64,000 nucleotides of DNA from an uncultured Acidobacteriota bacterium. GTDB taxonomy: Bacteria; Acidobacteriota; UBA6911; RPQK01; JAPXNP01. The notes under the pieces are model-generated. The model made no database searches. It saw only the letters and a program-made list of their open reading frames with translations, and was not told where the DNA came from. Location of the stretch: contig CAVZRV010000029.1 of assembly GCA_963777605.1 (NCBI GenBank), positions 1 to 64,000 on the forward strand, read 5' to 3'. The position numbers and the translations under genes were made by a program. This document shows, in pieces, positions 26,301 through 38,248 of the stretch (the first letter of the stretch is position 1; every line of letters starts with the position of its first letter).

Positions 26301-29300
26301 GCGTCACCTGGCTGTGGGTCCACGCCAGATCGAAGGCACGGTCGGCCATTCGGGCGCTCTGGTACTTCTCCACGTGTGCCAGCGCGGCCTCCCGGGTTCC
26401 TGTCACACCCAGAACCAAGTCAAATACGGCTGTTTCATTGGGCTCCAGAGAGACCGTACGCCGCAGCGAAATTATCGGATCGAGCACGGAGCCGACGGTG
26501 TTGGACAATGGCCCGCTGGCCTGCATCGCGGAAGGGTTGGCCGGGGTTCCGCCTCGTCCCACAAACCTGCAGCGATCGGTTTCGCAGGAGATCGTTCCCT
26601 GGTTACCACCTTGTCCCATCATGAGATGCAACAACCACGGCGGCTCTTCCTCAAGGGATCGCGGACGGCGGGTGCAGAGAATGGAGGAGGAACTGAACAT
26701 GAATTCGGTCTGCACGAAGAGATTGCTGAAAGCGGGATGCGCCGCATCCGCGGATGGAACGGCGAGGACTACTTCCGCAAAACTGGTCAGTTCAATGGAG
26801 CGTGTCACGGGTGAGCGATTGGTGATCTTGATGCGGCGCAGCTCCACGTCGTCTTCCGGCGACACGCTGATCTGGGTGTGGATTTCGAGCCCTTTGCGAC
26901 GATGGCGAAACTCGGCGCGCGACTGCGTGAAGATGGCTTCGTAGCCTTCCGTGGCATTCAAGGTCGGTTGGTACGCGGTGGACCAGAACTCTCCCGTCGC
27001 CAGATCACGGAGGTACACAAACGTCCCCCAGCAATCACGCGTGGAATCTTCTCGCCAGCGGGTAACCGCAAGATCCTGCCAGCGACTGTAGCCGCCGCCG
27101 GCACTGCTGATGACGACATGGTAGCGACCGTTGGACAGAAGTTGAACCTCCGGAACGGGTGGCGCGGGATTCGTGAAAACGCGCGTCCCGTTTTCGCGTT
27201 CGTCCGAAGGAGTCCGCGACGTCTCCAGGGCCAGATCTTTCTTGAATACGCTCGCAACGGCCTTGGGCACGCGCTCCTGCAGGAGCAAGTCCGCCGCCTT
27301 GAGCTGCGGGCAGGCCATGAAGCGCCGCTGCATGGGATCGCCCCTCAATAAATTGACCATCGCCAATAGGCTCATCCCCTGATGATGCGCCATGAACGAC
27401 CGGATGATGGCGCTTGTCTCCTCCGGCGGCAGACGTGACGGGGTGTAATCGATGGCTTCGTAGAAACCATAAGAAGCTGTGGCTCCCTCGGCCGCGAGAC
27501 GCTGCAGGTTTTCGCACGCTTCCCGCGGCGCGACCATCAGCGCCAGAGCGCTGGCGTAAGGAGCGATTACCAGTTCCTCGGCCAACCCTCGTTTCAAGCC
27601 CAGCCCAGGCACACCGAAGGCGCGGTATTGGTAGTTCAGATGAACGTCGGTCCAGTTGTAGCCCGATTCGGAAATTCCCCAGGGCACACCGCGTACTTTC
27701 CCATAGTCGATTTGTCGCTGCACTGCTGCTTTGCAGCTGTGATCAAGCAACGTGTCTTCATAGTTGGGCATGACCAGCAGCGGCATCAGATACTCGAACA
27801 TCGAACCGCTCCACGAAAGGAGTATCGGATCGCTGCGCGAAGCCACGAGCAGGCGACTCATCGAAAACCAGTGGTCCTGCGGAACTTGCCCGGAAGCGAT
27901 GGCAACGTAACTGCACAAGCGCGACTCGGAGGCCAGTAGATCGTAGTAGCTGTTGTCCAGCCGTTGTTCGGCGACGTCACAACCGATGGAAAACAAATCC
28001 CTCGTTGAGTCAAACAGAAAGGTGAAGTCCATTACAGCCAGTTCATCGCTTTGCTTCGCCAGGGTTTCCAGCGAGAGCATCTGGCGACGGGCATAGTCGC
28101 TTGCTTCGCTCAGGAGGCGAGAGAGCAGCATCAGATGTTCTTCTTCCTTCCAGGAACGGGAAGATGATGTCGTGAGGTCCTGCATTGCCGCGTAGAGGAG
28201 GGGAGAGAGCGTTTGCTCAAGCTTCGCAACCTCCCGCAAGGTCGGTGGTTGGTCGAGTAGCGCGAGACTCTCCTCAAGCCGCAAGGCTGCCGGCGTCACC
28301 AGCTGATCAATTTCAGGTTGTGGATTTCCAATTTCGGATTTGAAAGTCTGGGCCTCTACTCGTCGGCTGTCGTGACCTGTCACCGGCAAAGCCAACCAGG
28401 GCGCGAGAGATCGCAATTCGTCCAGGTGATCCTCGCAATTCCGCTTCAGAGCCTCGGCCCACCACTTGAGTTTCCCTTGCTGGTTTTCCGGCGAAGCGGC
28501 GATCATGGTCGCTTGCTTGGTCGCACTTTCCAACAGGTTGATTGCGTCGCGAAGATTGGACGGTGTTGTGGCCTCCAGATCCGCTTCGAGTTTTGCCAGA
28601 TGCGTACCGCCGTCCGTCAAATCTCGGAGCACTCGTACCGTGTCCTTCAAACCGGCAAATACCTGTGGCGTGAGAATCTTTTCGTCGGCCTGTTCCCGTA
28701 ATCCCGAACCGAGTGTCAGCAGGTGCCCGGAAAGGTTGCCGCTATCCACGCTCGAGACATAGAGCGGTTGGAGGGGTTGGAGCGTGCGGGTTTCATACCA
28801 GTTGAAGAAATGACCCCGATTCCGCTCGAGTCGCTGCATGGTAGCCAGCGTGTCCTGGGTGCGTTGAATCAGGCCGCCCAGCGAGAGATACCCGAAATCG
28901 CGGGCGGCCAGATTGGCGAGCAGGGTCAGGCCCATATTCGTGGGCGAGGTCCGCGACGCGATCCTCGGGGAGGGAGTTTCCTGAAAGTTATCCGGAGGCA
29001 GCCAGTTCTCCTCCGCGGTCACAAATGTCTCGAAGAAATACCAGGTCTTGCGGGCGCTGCATCGCAGAAAGGTCAGTTGCTTTTCCGTCAAGTCCGGAGC
29101 CGGGGATGCGATGGGCTGGCTGATCCACCAGGCGATCCACGGAGCCGCCGTCCAGAGAGCAATTATCGGGAGGGACCAGGGAAGGAGAGTCGGCTGCCGC
29201 ACGGCCAGCAAGGATCCGCTCAGCAACGCGACGATCGGCGCGCTCCACATGGTGGTGTAGAAGTCTTTGAGGTCCGCACGGGTCTCCCGTTCGGCGTCAC

Positions 29301-32100
29301 TCGATGTTTGCCATTCGAGTAACCTTCTACGTGTAACCAGCAATCGCAGCAGTGTTCTCCCGACTGCATCAATGCTGATGTAGGCTTCGTAGGGCAAGAA
29401 CGCCAGGGCGAGAAAGATCTGGCCAAACTGTCGGCCGGAGGATCCGGCTGCCGCCCTCAAATGCATCGACCATGGAAAATCAGCCGGCTTGCGAAACAGG
29501 TTGGCCAGCTCCGACAACAGTCCGGGGAGAGTGATTATCCCGAGAACGAGCAGCGAGCCCAGGCCGCCGAGTTGGGGAACGAGCAGCCAGTCTGCCAGCA
29601 TTAAGACCAACAAGGCAATGGGGACGAGACTGCGCCTCAAATTGTCGAAGATCTTCCAACGCGACAGCGCGGACAGCGGATTGGCCGCACGGCGGGCGCC
29701 GGAACCGGGGACCCACGGCAAAAGCCATTGAGTGATCTGCCAGTCGCCGCGAATCCAGCGATGACGCCGGTCGATGTCCACGTTATAGCGGGAAGGATGC
29801 GCTTCGTAGAATTCCACGTCGCTCACCAGGGCGGAGCGGGCATGACATGATTCCAACAGGTCGTGGCTGAGAACGGTATTATCCGGGAAGCGACCCGCCA
29901 TGGCTCGCTGGAAGGCGTCCACATCGTAGATTCCTTTTCCGGTAAAGGATCCTTCCTCGAACAGGTCCTGATACACATCGGAAACCGCCCTCGTGTAGGG
30001 ATCAATTCCCGCGTCGCCGGAGTGGAGCCGGACGAACCAGGATCGACCAGCGCTCGGCAGGCTCACCCCCACGCGCGGCTGCATGATGCCGTAACCCTCG
30101 TTGACAATTTCCCGCGCCGAATTGAATTTCGGCCGGTTCAGGCGATGGGCCATCGTTGCAACGAGTTGGCGGGCGGCATCGCGCGGCAGCTGAGTGTCGG
30201 TATCGAGCGTGATGACATATTTGACGGTCGGCAAAACGGCCGTGTCCCCAACGATCTCGGAAAAGGAATCGTGTGAGCCGCCGCGGAGGAAGGCGTTGAA
30301 CTCCGTGAGCTTTCCCCGCTTGCGTTCATAGCCCATCCATGATCTTTCTCCGGGATTCCAGCGGCGCGGTCGATGAAACCAGAAGAAGAGGGTATGTTCC
30401 GTGGAAGGGTACTTCCGATTCAGCATCCCGACTCCTTCCCGAGCCCGCTGCAACAGCAGTTCATCTCCCGGCAGGACCTTCTCCGGAGCGTCGCGGAGAT
30501 CGGTCAACAGAGCGAAATGAAGACGGGGATCCCGATTGGAAAGGTGGTGAAGCTCCAGCGTCTCGATGAGGTGATCGACGCCTTCCAGGTTCGTGAGCAT
30601 CGTGGGAAGAACGACCATCGTCCGGCAGTCCGAAGGGATGCCATGGGAATAGTCCATGCGAGGGAGCAGGCGGGGTTTCACCAGTAGCGTCACCAGCCAG
30701 TTCATCAACGCCATGGCCAACTGGCTTGCACCAATCAAAAGAGCAACCATTAGGAGAATGAGGGCCCACCCCTGCAAGTCGAGTGTCCGGGCCTGCACGA
30801 TGAAACCGAATCCGGCGAGCAGAGTCAGGACTCCAATTCCACCCGCATAGAACGTCAGCGGAAGCCGGTGAAGGCCCCGTTCGACGATCTCGCCCCAGGG
30901 CCACCGCACATTCAGCGTCCGCCCCAGCGCAGACTGGCCTTTGTCGATCAGGTAATAACCCACGTGGGAGGTTCGGTCCTCACTCCCCTTTTGCCGGGTA
31001 CTGTCTGCGGCCAACTGGATAGCCCGTTCCGCGACCTCCGTTTCCGAATGTTGGCTGTGCCGGGCAAGGAATTCGACGGAATGGCGATAGCGATCACGGG
31101 TCGAGAAGTCCATCCCGCCGTAAACGTCGGCGGGGTCGGAGCGCAAAATCTGATCGACCAGGCTCAGAGTCTCAACGAACTCCTTCCAGTCCATGGAACT
31201 CAAGAAACGAAGGCTGGCAATGCTGTGACTCACGGAAACCTGGTCGGCAGCCTGATTCTGGCTCTCGATCTGGACAAGCTGTTCGATGGACAATCCCTGT
31301 TCAACGAGCCGCTGTTCGAGCCAGTTGCGCGCCAGATGCAGTACCGGACTCTGTCGCGACAAACCCATGCAGAATTCCGCCACGAACGAGCTGGATACGG
31401 GAACGTCGGACTTCGCCATTTCTGCCACGGCCACGACGAGGTAGGAGGGGTTCTTTTCCGCCATATCCTGCAAGCGATCGACCCACAGGTCCGCGAGGTC
31501 GCGGTCCTCCTGGGCGTTCGTCAGTCGGGCGGTGATGCGCTTCAGGTTCTCGATCAACCCCAGGCGCAACATGATTGGAATGGCCCACAGCTCGCCCAGC
31601 TTCAGGGGGACCACCTTTTGATAGGCGGCGACGAAGGCGCTGAGAGAGCCCGAATCAATCTGTGCATCCACGTGCGAGATCAGTTCGAGTCCGATGTCGT
31701 AAACGCGAGGAAGTCCGGCGGAAGTCCGATTCAGGAGACGCGGCAACTCCCGGCTGTAGCCCCGGGGCAGGTGGCGCCTGGCCAATTGGATCTGTTCTTC
31801 GATCAGGTAAAAGTTGTCGAGAAGCCATTCGGCGGCCGGAGTGATCCTCCGAGTCGGATTTACGGCGAGAGTCGCGCGATTGAAGGCCCGGAGGATCTGC
31901 TCGTTTCGGTCCAATCGAGCCAATAGACGATAGGAGCTCTTCCGTGTGACGACCTGATGGTCCGCTGCAACGGCCTGAGCATGGTGTGCCAGTTGTTCGA
32001 CGCCGAACAACTCGGCCCGGAAAGGCGATTCGCCCGTCCGCGGTTGAGAACGCATCTTGTTTGCGAACCGGCTCTGCCAGCGTAGCGAAAGAGTGTGCAT
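23319..32100 (-). CDS. ndvB: Cyclic beta-1,2-glucan synthase (glycosyltransferase, glucoamylase-like and GH94 phosphorylase domains), about 2,900 aa; one frameshift near 24,865
   Basis: [85 protein letters not shown] and RENGGQYTH. Confidence 0.93.
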
Positions 32101-32311
32101 GTCGTTTTGGCGTTTCTTTCGTCCCTTCGGGAGGGACCCAGGTGCAGTCAATGCACAAATCTGGCCCACCCTGTGGTCCGCGCCAGCAGGCCCTGAAGAT
32201 CTATTTGAGCCTGCTCCTAACCTGCCGGGAGTGTTCCGGCTGGAGTTCGCTGCTCAAGCCAAGTCGGCGTTTCATCAGCCGGCAGGCTTCGGGTGAACCG
32301 CCGACAGGAGC

Positions 32312-32461
32312 CTAGGCCCACCCTCGACGGCCGCCCACCATGTCGAAGAGAAACAGGGCGATTGCAATGACCAGGAGGGCATGAATGAACGGACCTCCCA
32401 CTGACATGGAAAAGCCTAGAATCCATAAAGCCAACAAAACCAATACGATCTTAACCAACAT
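32312..32461 (-). CDS. Small membrane protein, lmo0937/DUF5670-like (49 aa)
   Basis: MLVKIVLVLLALWILGF..GGPFIHALLVIAIALFLF..GRR pattern, with an AAGGAG SD. Confidence 0.78.
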   Translation of the reverse strand: MLVKIVLVLLALWILGFSMSVGGPFIHALLVIAIALFLFDMVGGRRGWA

Positions 32462-32800
32462 CGTCGAAACTCCTTGCTTTGGCACATAGCACGGCACAAG
32501 ATTGGCAGCGCCATTTCCGATACTACGGGGACCCTATTTGGACGTCAGTTCAGTAAAGCTCTCCCGTTCGGTCAAAACTGCTCACGTTGGCAACGGGACG
32601 AGTGAGTTGGTTACCGGAGCGTTGCTGATGGAAGAATCGGTGCGGAAGAGTTCCGATCCGTCCGGGCGTTCAATCTCTGCCTTCGGCATGAAGCAAGAAC
32701 GGGTTCAGAGATCCGATATTCCACATCCCCATCCGGGAAGCCTTGAATATCTGGAAGCTTCCGAAGAGAGGCTCCCAGTTGCTCCCCTGGGACACCGGAT

Positions 32801-34198
32801 CTATCCCTGCCCCAACGCGGCAGCGTGGCCACGACCGCCCGATTGACGCTTGAATTCCTCGTAGCGACTGCAATCCAGGTTGATATTGCCTCGGTACGAG
32901 AAATTTCCGATGAGGCTGATCAGCGGTTGGCGGCGATGCCAGATGCTGTTGCCGACCCGACCCAGAATTCGCGAAATGGAATAAAAGCTGCGGTTGCAGT
33001 TCAGCGCCTCCTGAATAACGCCGTCCTGAGAGAGTTGCCGATATTGGGCAACCGGAAAGGTGAGGGTGAAGTACTTCCAGTCTTCAGGGAAATGATCGAG
33101 GGCCAGGCGGCCCTCCGACCGCATTCGTTCGAACAGACGTGTTCCAGGCAAAGGAGTCAGAAAGAGCAGATTCAGGTTGTCCAAGCCGTAATGAGTTGCC
33201 GCCTCACTGATGCTCTTGCCGATTCCCGGCCCATCGACATCCAGACCGACGATGAAGGATCCGACGACCATTATGTTGTGCTTCTGTATGCGCCGGACCG
33301 AGGCACGGAAATCGCGCCCTCTGATCAGATTGAACTTCTTGCCGAGTTCCCGAAGGCCTTCCGGCGTAGGGGATTCAAAGCCGATGAACACCCCGACACA
33401 ACCAGCCTTGGCGGCCAGTTCCAACAGGTCCTCGTCATCGGCAAAGTTGATCGTGGCCTGGGCGATCCATTGCTTCCCCATGTCCGCCTGGGCCAGAGCG
33501 CGGAACAGGTCCTTGGCCCGGGAAATATGTTCGGCGCGAGTGCCGACAAGGTTGTCATCGACGATCAGCACATGTTTCTCGGGGATCAGCTGGAATTCCC
33601 GTACAACGTCTTCAATCGGCCGCTGCCGGTAACGGGCACCGTTGAATGCCGTCACGCTGCAGAAGTTGCAGTTCAATGGGCATCCCCGTGTGGTCTGAAT
33701 GGCGCCGCAGGCATATGCGGGAGGCAAGAGATCATGGCGAGCCGCCGGGATATCTTTCATCTCCGCGAAACCGCCATCGTACCGGGGTTTCAATCTCCCT
33801 TGCCGGGCGTCTTCCAGGACCTCGCGCCAGACGCCCTCGGCTTCCCCGGTAACGACTGAGTCCACACGATCCATCACCTCTTCCAGGCACATGGTCGCGT
33901 GAATGCCGCCCATGATGACGGGCACTCCCAAATGACGGAAGTATCGGGCCACTTCATAGGCGCGATTGGCCTGGGACGTGAATGCCGTTATGCCGACCAG
34001 GTCAGGCAGCGGCATAGCTCGATAGTCTGCCGCTCCAAGGTTCTCGTCTACGATCGAGACTTCCCATTCCGGGGGGGTCAAACCGGCCAGAACCATCAGG
34101 CTCAGCGGTTTCCAAACCCGGTATCGATTCCATCGACTATCCTTCACATTGATGATGCTGACCAGGGGGTTCGTCGGATTAATGAGATAGAGACGCAT
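32801..34198 (-). CDS. B12-binding radical SAM protein
   Basis: PLSLMVLAGLTP, DEN, DLVGIT, GGIHAT, GEAE, TTRGCPLNCNFC, VDDNL, IGFES and LTPLPGT. Confidence 0.92.
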   Translation of the reverse strand: MRLYLINPTNPLVSIINVKDSRWNRYRVWKPLSLMVLAGLTPPEWEVSIVDENLGAADYRAMPLPDLVGITAFTSQANRAYEVARYFRHLGVPVIMGGIHATMCLEEVMDRVDSVVTGEAEGVWREVLEDARQGRLKPRYDGGFAEMKDIPAARHDLLPPAYACGAIQTTRGCPLNCNFCSVTAFNGARYRQRPIEDVVREFQLIPEKHVLIVDDNLVGTRAEHISRAKDLFRALAQADMGKQWIAQATINFADDEDLLELAAKAGCVGVFIGFESPTPEGLRELGKKFNLIRGRDFRASVRRIQKHNIMVVGSFIVGLDVDGPGIGKSISEAATHYGLDNLNLLFLTPLPGTRLFERMRSEGRLALDHFPEDWKYFTLTFPVAQYRQLSQDGVIQEALNCNRSFYSISRILGRVGNSIWHRRQPLISLIGNFSYRGNINLDCSRYEEFKRQSGGRGHAAALGQG

Positions 34199-34314
34199 GC
34201 CTAACCTGCCGTTACGATGTCAAGGACAACTGAACAGGACCCTTTCATTAAGAATCCGGTAGTCCTCACTGAATTTCAGTGCCACATGGTTGGCGGATCC
34301 CAAGGTCGATCTTC

Positions 34315-35367
34315 CTAGGTCGGCACAACTCTCATTTCGACATCCTGGCCGAGTTGGAAGCTGAAGAGTTGTTCGGTTCCAAACTCCACCTCCTTGCCGG
34401 AGGTCGCGAGGACCACCCCGGTTCCAGCCCCTGCGCCGATCACCCCGCCGATTGCCGCGCCTTTTCCGCCGCCGGTGATCGCCCCGATCACCGCACCGAT
34501 TCCGGTGCCGATACCGACCTTCGTGGCGTCCGCCTTACCGGTCCCCTGCGCTTCGAAGGCCAGGGTGTTGGACCTGATGCCGTAAACTTCCTCTCCCACT
34601 TCTATGCTTGTCAGGGCTACCGATATGGTAGCTCGGCCCTGAACCTTCCCTGATGCCTTGACGTTCGAAAGCCGTCCGACGACCTTGCTTCCTTGAGGGG
34701 CAACGAGCTTTCCGCCCACAACGAGGTCGTCTTCGAGCGTCGCGTTAAACGTGTCTCCGTCCTGGTTCTGCTTCGAACTGATCGCCTGGTCGAGGCGCAC
34801 ATTGACGGGAGTCCCTTTCGGAACGACTTCAGTCGTGGGCAGAGGAGGTGTCGTCGGCACTTCGGCCTGGGACTTTGCAGCTTGCTGAGGATCGGGCTGA
34901 GCAGTCGGGACAGGCGTCCGGGCCGATGACACTGGCGGTCTCGCGGTTGGGGGACTGGATGCTGGTGTTTCGGCCCTGGCTGCTCCCACCGAGGCTAATT
35001 CACGGGAAGGTGTGGGCGCTGAACCCTCAGCCTGCCCTGAAGGGGATGCCGCGAAATCGCGTTGGCTCTCGATAATCGTTCGAAGAGTCATGCCGGTGGG
35101 CAGTTGGCCGTCGGGAAGTTCAGGGTGGACTCTTTTGAGATAGTCGAGGACGAGCCCGTAATTGTCCCAGGAGAGCTCAGTTCTGGCTTCCTCAGCGATT
35201 TGAGATGCGTTTTCGGTCGTGATGGTCTGGCTGAGGAGATCTCCCGGTTGCCCCGACGTGGAACCCATTGAACAACCAGGCATTACGAACAGGAGTGCCA
35301 GAATGGCGACCACGACCGCCAACGCCATGAAAGATGCAGCGTAAAGTGAGAATCGGTATCTTGTCAT
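34315..35367 (-). CDS. Exported/membrane-anchored protein with Pro-rich linker and a TrbI/VirB10-like C-terminal beta domain plus glycine zipper
   Basis: N-terminal hydrophobic segment ending in PGC (possible lipobox); VPKGTPVNVRLDQAISS..GDTFNATL; GIGAVIGAITGGGKGAAIG. Confidence 0.7.
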   Translation of the reverse strand: MTRYRFSLYAASFMALAVVVAILALLFVMPGCSMGSTSGQPGDLLSQTITTENASQIAEEARTELSWDNYGLVLDYLKRVHPELPDGQLPTGMTLRTIIESQRDFAASPSGQAEGSAPTPSRELASVGAARAETPASSPPTARPPVSSARTPVPTAQPDPQQAAKSQAEVPTTPPLPTTEVVPKGTPVNVRLDQAISSKQNQDGDTFNATLEDDLVVGGKLVAPQGSKVVGRLSNVKASGKVQGRATISVALTSIEVGEEVYGIRSNTLAFEAQGTGKADATKVGIGTGIGAVIGAITGGGKGAAIGGVIGAGAGTGVVLATSGKEVEFGTEQLFSFQLGQDVEMRVVPT

Positions 35368-35673
35368 GTCAATATGCCTTTTTGCCTGAGGTCAGTGACC
35401 CTTCCAGAGTGAAAATGGCCGCTCGTACTGATTGATGAGCGCCTGAATCACCTGAATCGAATGTTATTAAGATGCGCTTTCCTGTAGTTCTAGGGCACCA
35501 TCACTACGCCCCTCTTTATCGTTACTCGAGTTTGGAGGCGCGTCTGTTCTGTACCGCACACGGACCTGGTCAATAGTGCACAGCCGAACATTGGTACCGC
35601 AGAGCGCAGGAAGCGTCTTGACGAATTGCTGAAGCGATTAACTCAGAAGACTCGGTAACATCAGACGCATCAT

Positions 35674-37548
35674 TTACGTGTGCGCCAGCAAAGAACCGTT
35701 CTCCTCGGCATCGATGAGGCTCTTGAGCTGGCGAGAGTCGAGGGTTCCGAATTCCTGCAGTGCGTCGGCCAGGCGCACGACGGTACTGCGCCCAGCCTCC
35801 AGGATCGTCCTGGCTTTGCTAGTCCCTTGCAGCACCACTCTCCTGACGGCTTGATCAATACTGGTGGAGGTCACTTCACCGTATTTGCGCCGACGAGTGA
35901 TTTCTGTCCCCAGGAAGACGTTTTCATCCCGTCCGCCCAGAGCGATCGGGCCCAACTCCTCGGCCATGCCCCATTCGCAGACCATCCTGTGGGCCAACCT
36001 GGTGGCTTCGCTCAAGTCCTTGGCTACCGCTGAGGTGGCGCTGCCCAGGAAGAGTTCTTCGGCGCATCTTCGTGCCATGAGTATGGCGATCGCTGACTCC
36101 AAATGCTGCTTTGTCGGTCGGTACCGGCCATCTTCGGGGACTTGCACCGTTGTGCCGATATCGTTGGCCCGGGGGATGATGGTGACCTTCTGCACTGGAT
36201 CCGACTCGGGGAGCAGCCAGGCAACCAGGGTATGCCCGGCCTCACGATAGGCTGCGCACGTCCGTTCTCTTGCACTGACTACCAGGGATCTTCGCTCCCG
36301 GCCCATCATGCTCTTGTCTTTCTCCTCGAGGAAGTCGTCCATGGTCACCGCATCCCGATTGAAGCGGGCGCCTCTCAAGGCGGCCTCATTGACCAGGCTC
36401 TCCAACTGAGCCCCGGAGAATCCTTGCGTGCTGCGTGCCAGAAGCGGAATCTCGACATCGTCGGACATCGGGATACTGCGCAGGTGCACTCTCAGGATGC
36501 CTTCACGACCCTTGCTGTCCGGCAGTCCAACCTCCACATGTCGATCAAAGCGGCCGGGGCGAAGCAGGGCTGGATCCAAAATATCAGGGCGGTTTGTGGC
36601 GCCGAGTACGATGACGCCTTCGCTGGGCTCGAAACCGTCCATCTCCGAGAGCAGCTGGTTCAATGCCTGTTCTCTCTCATCGTGGCCGCTGCCCAGCCCC
36701 GCTCCACGCCGCCGCCCGATGGCATCAATCTCATCAATGAAAACCAGGCACGGGGCATGCCGTTTCCCCACTTCAAAGAGGTTCCTGACCCGGCTCGCAC
36801 CCACGCCGACAAACATTTCAACGAACTCTGAACCGCTGATACTGAAAAAGGGGACACTGGCCTCACCCGCCACGGCCCTCGCCAGCAGAGTTTTTCCAGT
36901 ACCCGGAGGGCCCGTCATCAGGACACCTCTTGGGATTTTCCCTCCGAGTGTTTGAAACCGGGCCGGATCCTGCAGGAATTCGACGATTTCCTGCAATTCT
37001 TCCTTCGCTTCGTCCGCTCCTGCCACATCCCGAAATGTCACCTTTTTCGAAGACGTCATCCACAGCTTGGCTCGGCTTTTTCCTATTGAACTGAAGCCGC
37101 TGCCACTGTTTTTGCCTATCAATCGGACTGCCGTGAAGTAGATAGCGCCTGCGATGAGAAGAATCGGCAATCCGAGAGTGAGAAGCAGAGAACTCCACGA
37201 ATGCTGTGTCCCGGTCTGAACCTTCACGATGAGCCCTTGAGCAACCAGCGTGTCAGCCAGGCTCTTCTGGGAGCCGTCGGGAATGATCCCTTCGAAACTT
37301 CTTTCAGTCTCTGAACCGTTCTTGACGTATCTTCCCTTCAACCCGCTGTCCGTGAGGATGAGGGGCGTCGAAGCCGTACTCCTGAACCTGGCTTCTTTCG
37401 ACAGGCTGATCAGTTCCGAGTAGTTGATCCGATCGGCCTGTCCTTTCCCCCATTCGTTTGAGAGAGTCCAGGTCACAAGTAGGACCCCAAGGACGCCGGC
37501 TATGGCAACCATTCTCTTTGTGCGTCTTGTCAAGCTGATCTTTATCAT
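35674..37548 (-). CDS. ftsH: FtsH-family membrane AAA+ protein with non-canonical protease site (REAGH)
   Basis: Two TM segments; Walker A GPPGTGKT; pore loop FVG; Walker B FIDEID; [23 protein letters not shown]. The HEAGH motif is replaced by REAGH. Confidence 0.92.
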   Translation of the reverse strand: MIKISLTRRTKRMVAIAGVLGVLLVTWTLSNEWGKGQADRINYSELISLSKEARFRSTASTPLILTDSGLKGRYVKNGSETERSFEGIIPDGSQKSLADTLVAQGLIVKVQTGTQHSWSSLLLTLGLPILLIAGAIYFTAVRLIGKNSGSGFSSIGKSRAKLWMTSSKKVTFRDVAGADEAKEELQEIVEFLQDPARFQTLGGKIPRGVLMTGPPGTGKTLLARAVAGEASVPFFSISGSEFVEMFVGVGASRVRNLFEVGKRHAPCLVFIDEIDAIGRRRGAGLGSGHDEREQALNQLLSEMDGFEPSEGVIVLGATNRPDILDPALLRPGRFDRHVEVGLPDSKGREGILRVHLRSIPMSDDVEIPLLARSTQGFSGAQLESLVNEAALRGARFNRDAVTMDDFLEEKDKSMMGRERRSLVVSARERTCAAYREAGHTLVAWLLPESDPVQKVTIIPRANDIGTTVQVPEDGRYRPTKQHLESAIAILMARRCAEELFLGSATSAVAKDLSEATRLAHRMVCEWGMAEELGPIALGGRDENVFLGTEITRRRKYGEVTSTSIDQAVRRVVLQGTSKARTILEAGRSTVVRLADALQEFGTLDSRQLKSLIDAEENGSLLAHT

Positions 37549-37582
37549 TGCAGTCCATCCAGCCGATTTCCGCTCGAAGGAT

Positions 37583-38248
37583 TCAAGGCCGGAACTGCGG
37601 CTTATTCACTAACCGAGCCTCTGCCAGTTCAGTGGCCCTGGCCAGGTCGGCTCGTTCCTTCTCATCAATCTTCCTTTGGGGGGCTTCCTGCTTCTCCAAC
37701 GCGATTGCCTCCTCGATGGCCGATCGAGCCGAGCCGTCCAGGCTCTTGGAGAGCACAGCGAGTGTGAAGTTGGACTCGTATTGGAGTCGGCCGAGATTGT
37801 ATGACCACTCCGCGTTTTCCCAGCGGGCAATTACTTCGACGGTTTCGTCCCTTCCATAGATTGTGGAGAGAGTGATCTCGGCTGTCGGCCTCAGGGCTTC
37901 CCCGTAAATCTCAGATGTGGCCTCGATTATGTCTTTCACCGTCAGGCCTTCGGTGCTGTACCGGTTGTATTGGACGATCATTCGATACAGTTCACCGTCG
38001 AAGAAGTTGAACTCGATCTCCTTAACTGAATCGTTGGAGCCGGCCCGCCATATCAGTTGCTGGATGAGGGCTGGACGCTCGTGAAGGGTGGTCGCCCCGT
38101 CGGTATGCGTGCCGGACTCCTTCGCTATCCCGGCTAGATTGGAATCAAGGTCGAATTCCCGATAGCGGGATAAATCGCCTGCGCCCACCAGGGGCAGCGC
38201 AAGCAGGGACCAGGAAAGGGACGCTGCCAGTATCTGCAGTTTGGTCAT
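37583..38248 (-). CDS. Hypothetical secreted protein
   Basis: 221 aa with a signal peptide and GGAGGAG SD, ending 34 bp before the ftsH paralog start. Confidence 0.72.
   Translation of the reverse strand: MTKLQILAASLSWSLLALPLVGAGDLSRYREFDLDSNLAGIAKESGTHTDGATTLHERPALIQQLIWRAGSNDSVKEIEFNFFDGELYRMIVQYNRYSTEGLTVKDIIEATSEIYGEALRPTAEITLSTIYGRDETVEVIARWENAEWSYNLGRLQYESNFTLAVLSKSLDGSARSAIEEAIALEKQEAPQRKIDEKERADLARATELAEARLVNKPQFRP

Noticed and set aside
32478-32512. Sigma54-like CGGCAC-N5-TGGCA upstream of the 49-aa peptide
   Set aside because: It is on the strand opposite to the local genes and matches the -12 element imperfectly.
23100-34198. Classical RiPP cluster (radical SAM plus precursor peptide)
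   Set aside because: The peptides look like membrane-helix families rather than leader-core precursors. The rSAMs show no evident SPASM or RRE motifs, and no peptidase or exporter is adjacent. It is kept only as a minor alternative in the cluster finding.
34315-35367. Type IV secretion or conjugation system implied by the VirB10-like domain
   Set aside because: No VirB4, VirD4, relaxase or pilin genes occur in the window, and stand-alone proteins of this type are common.
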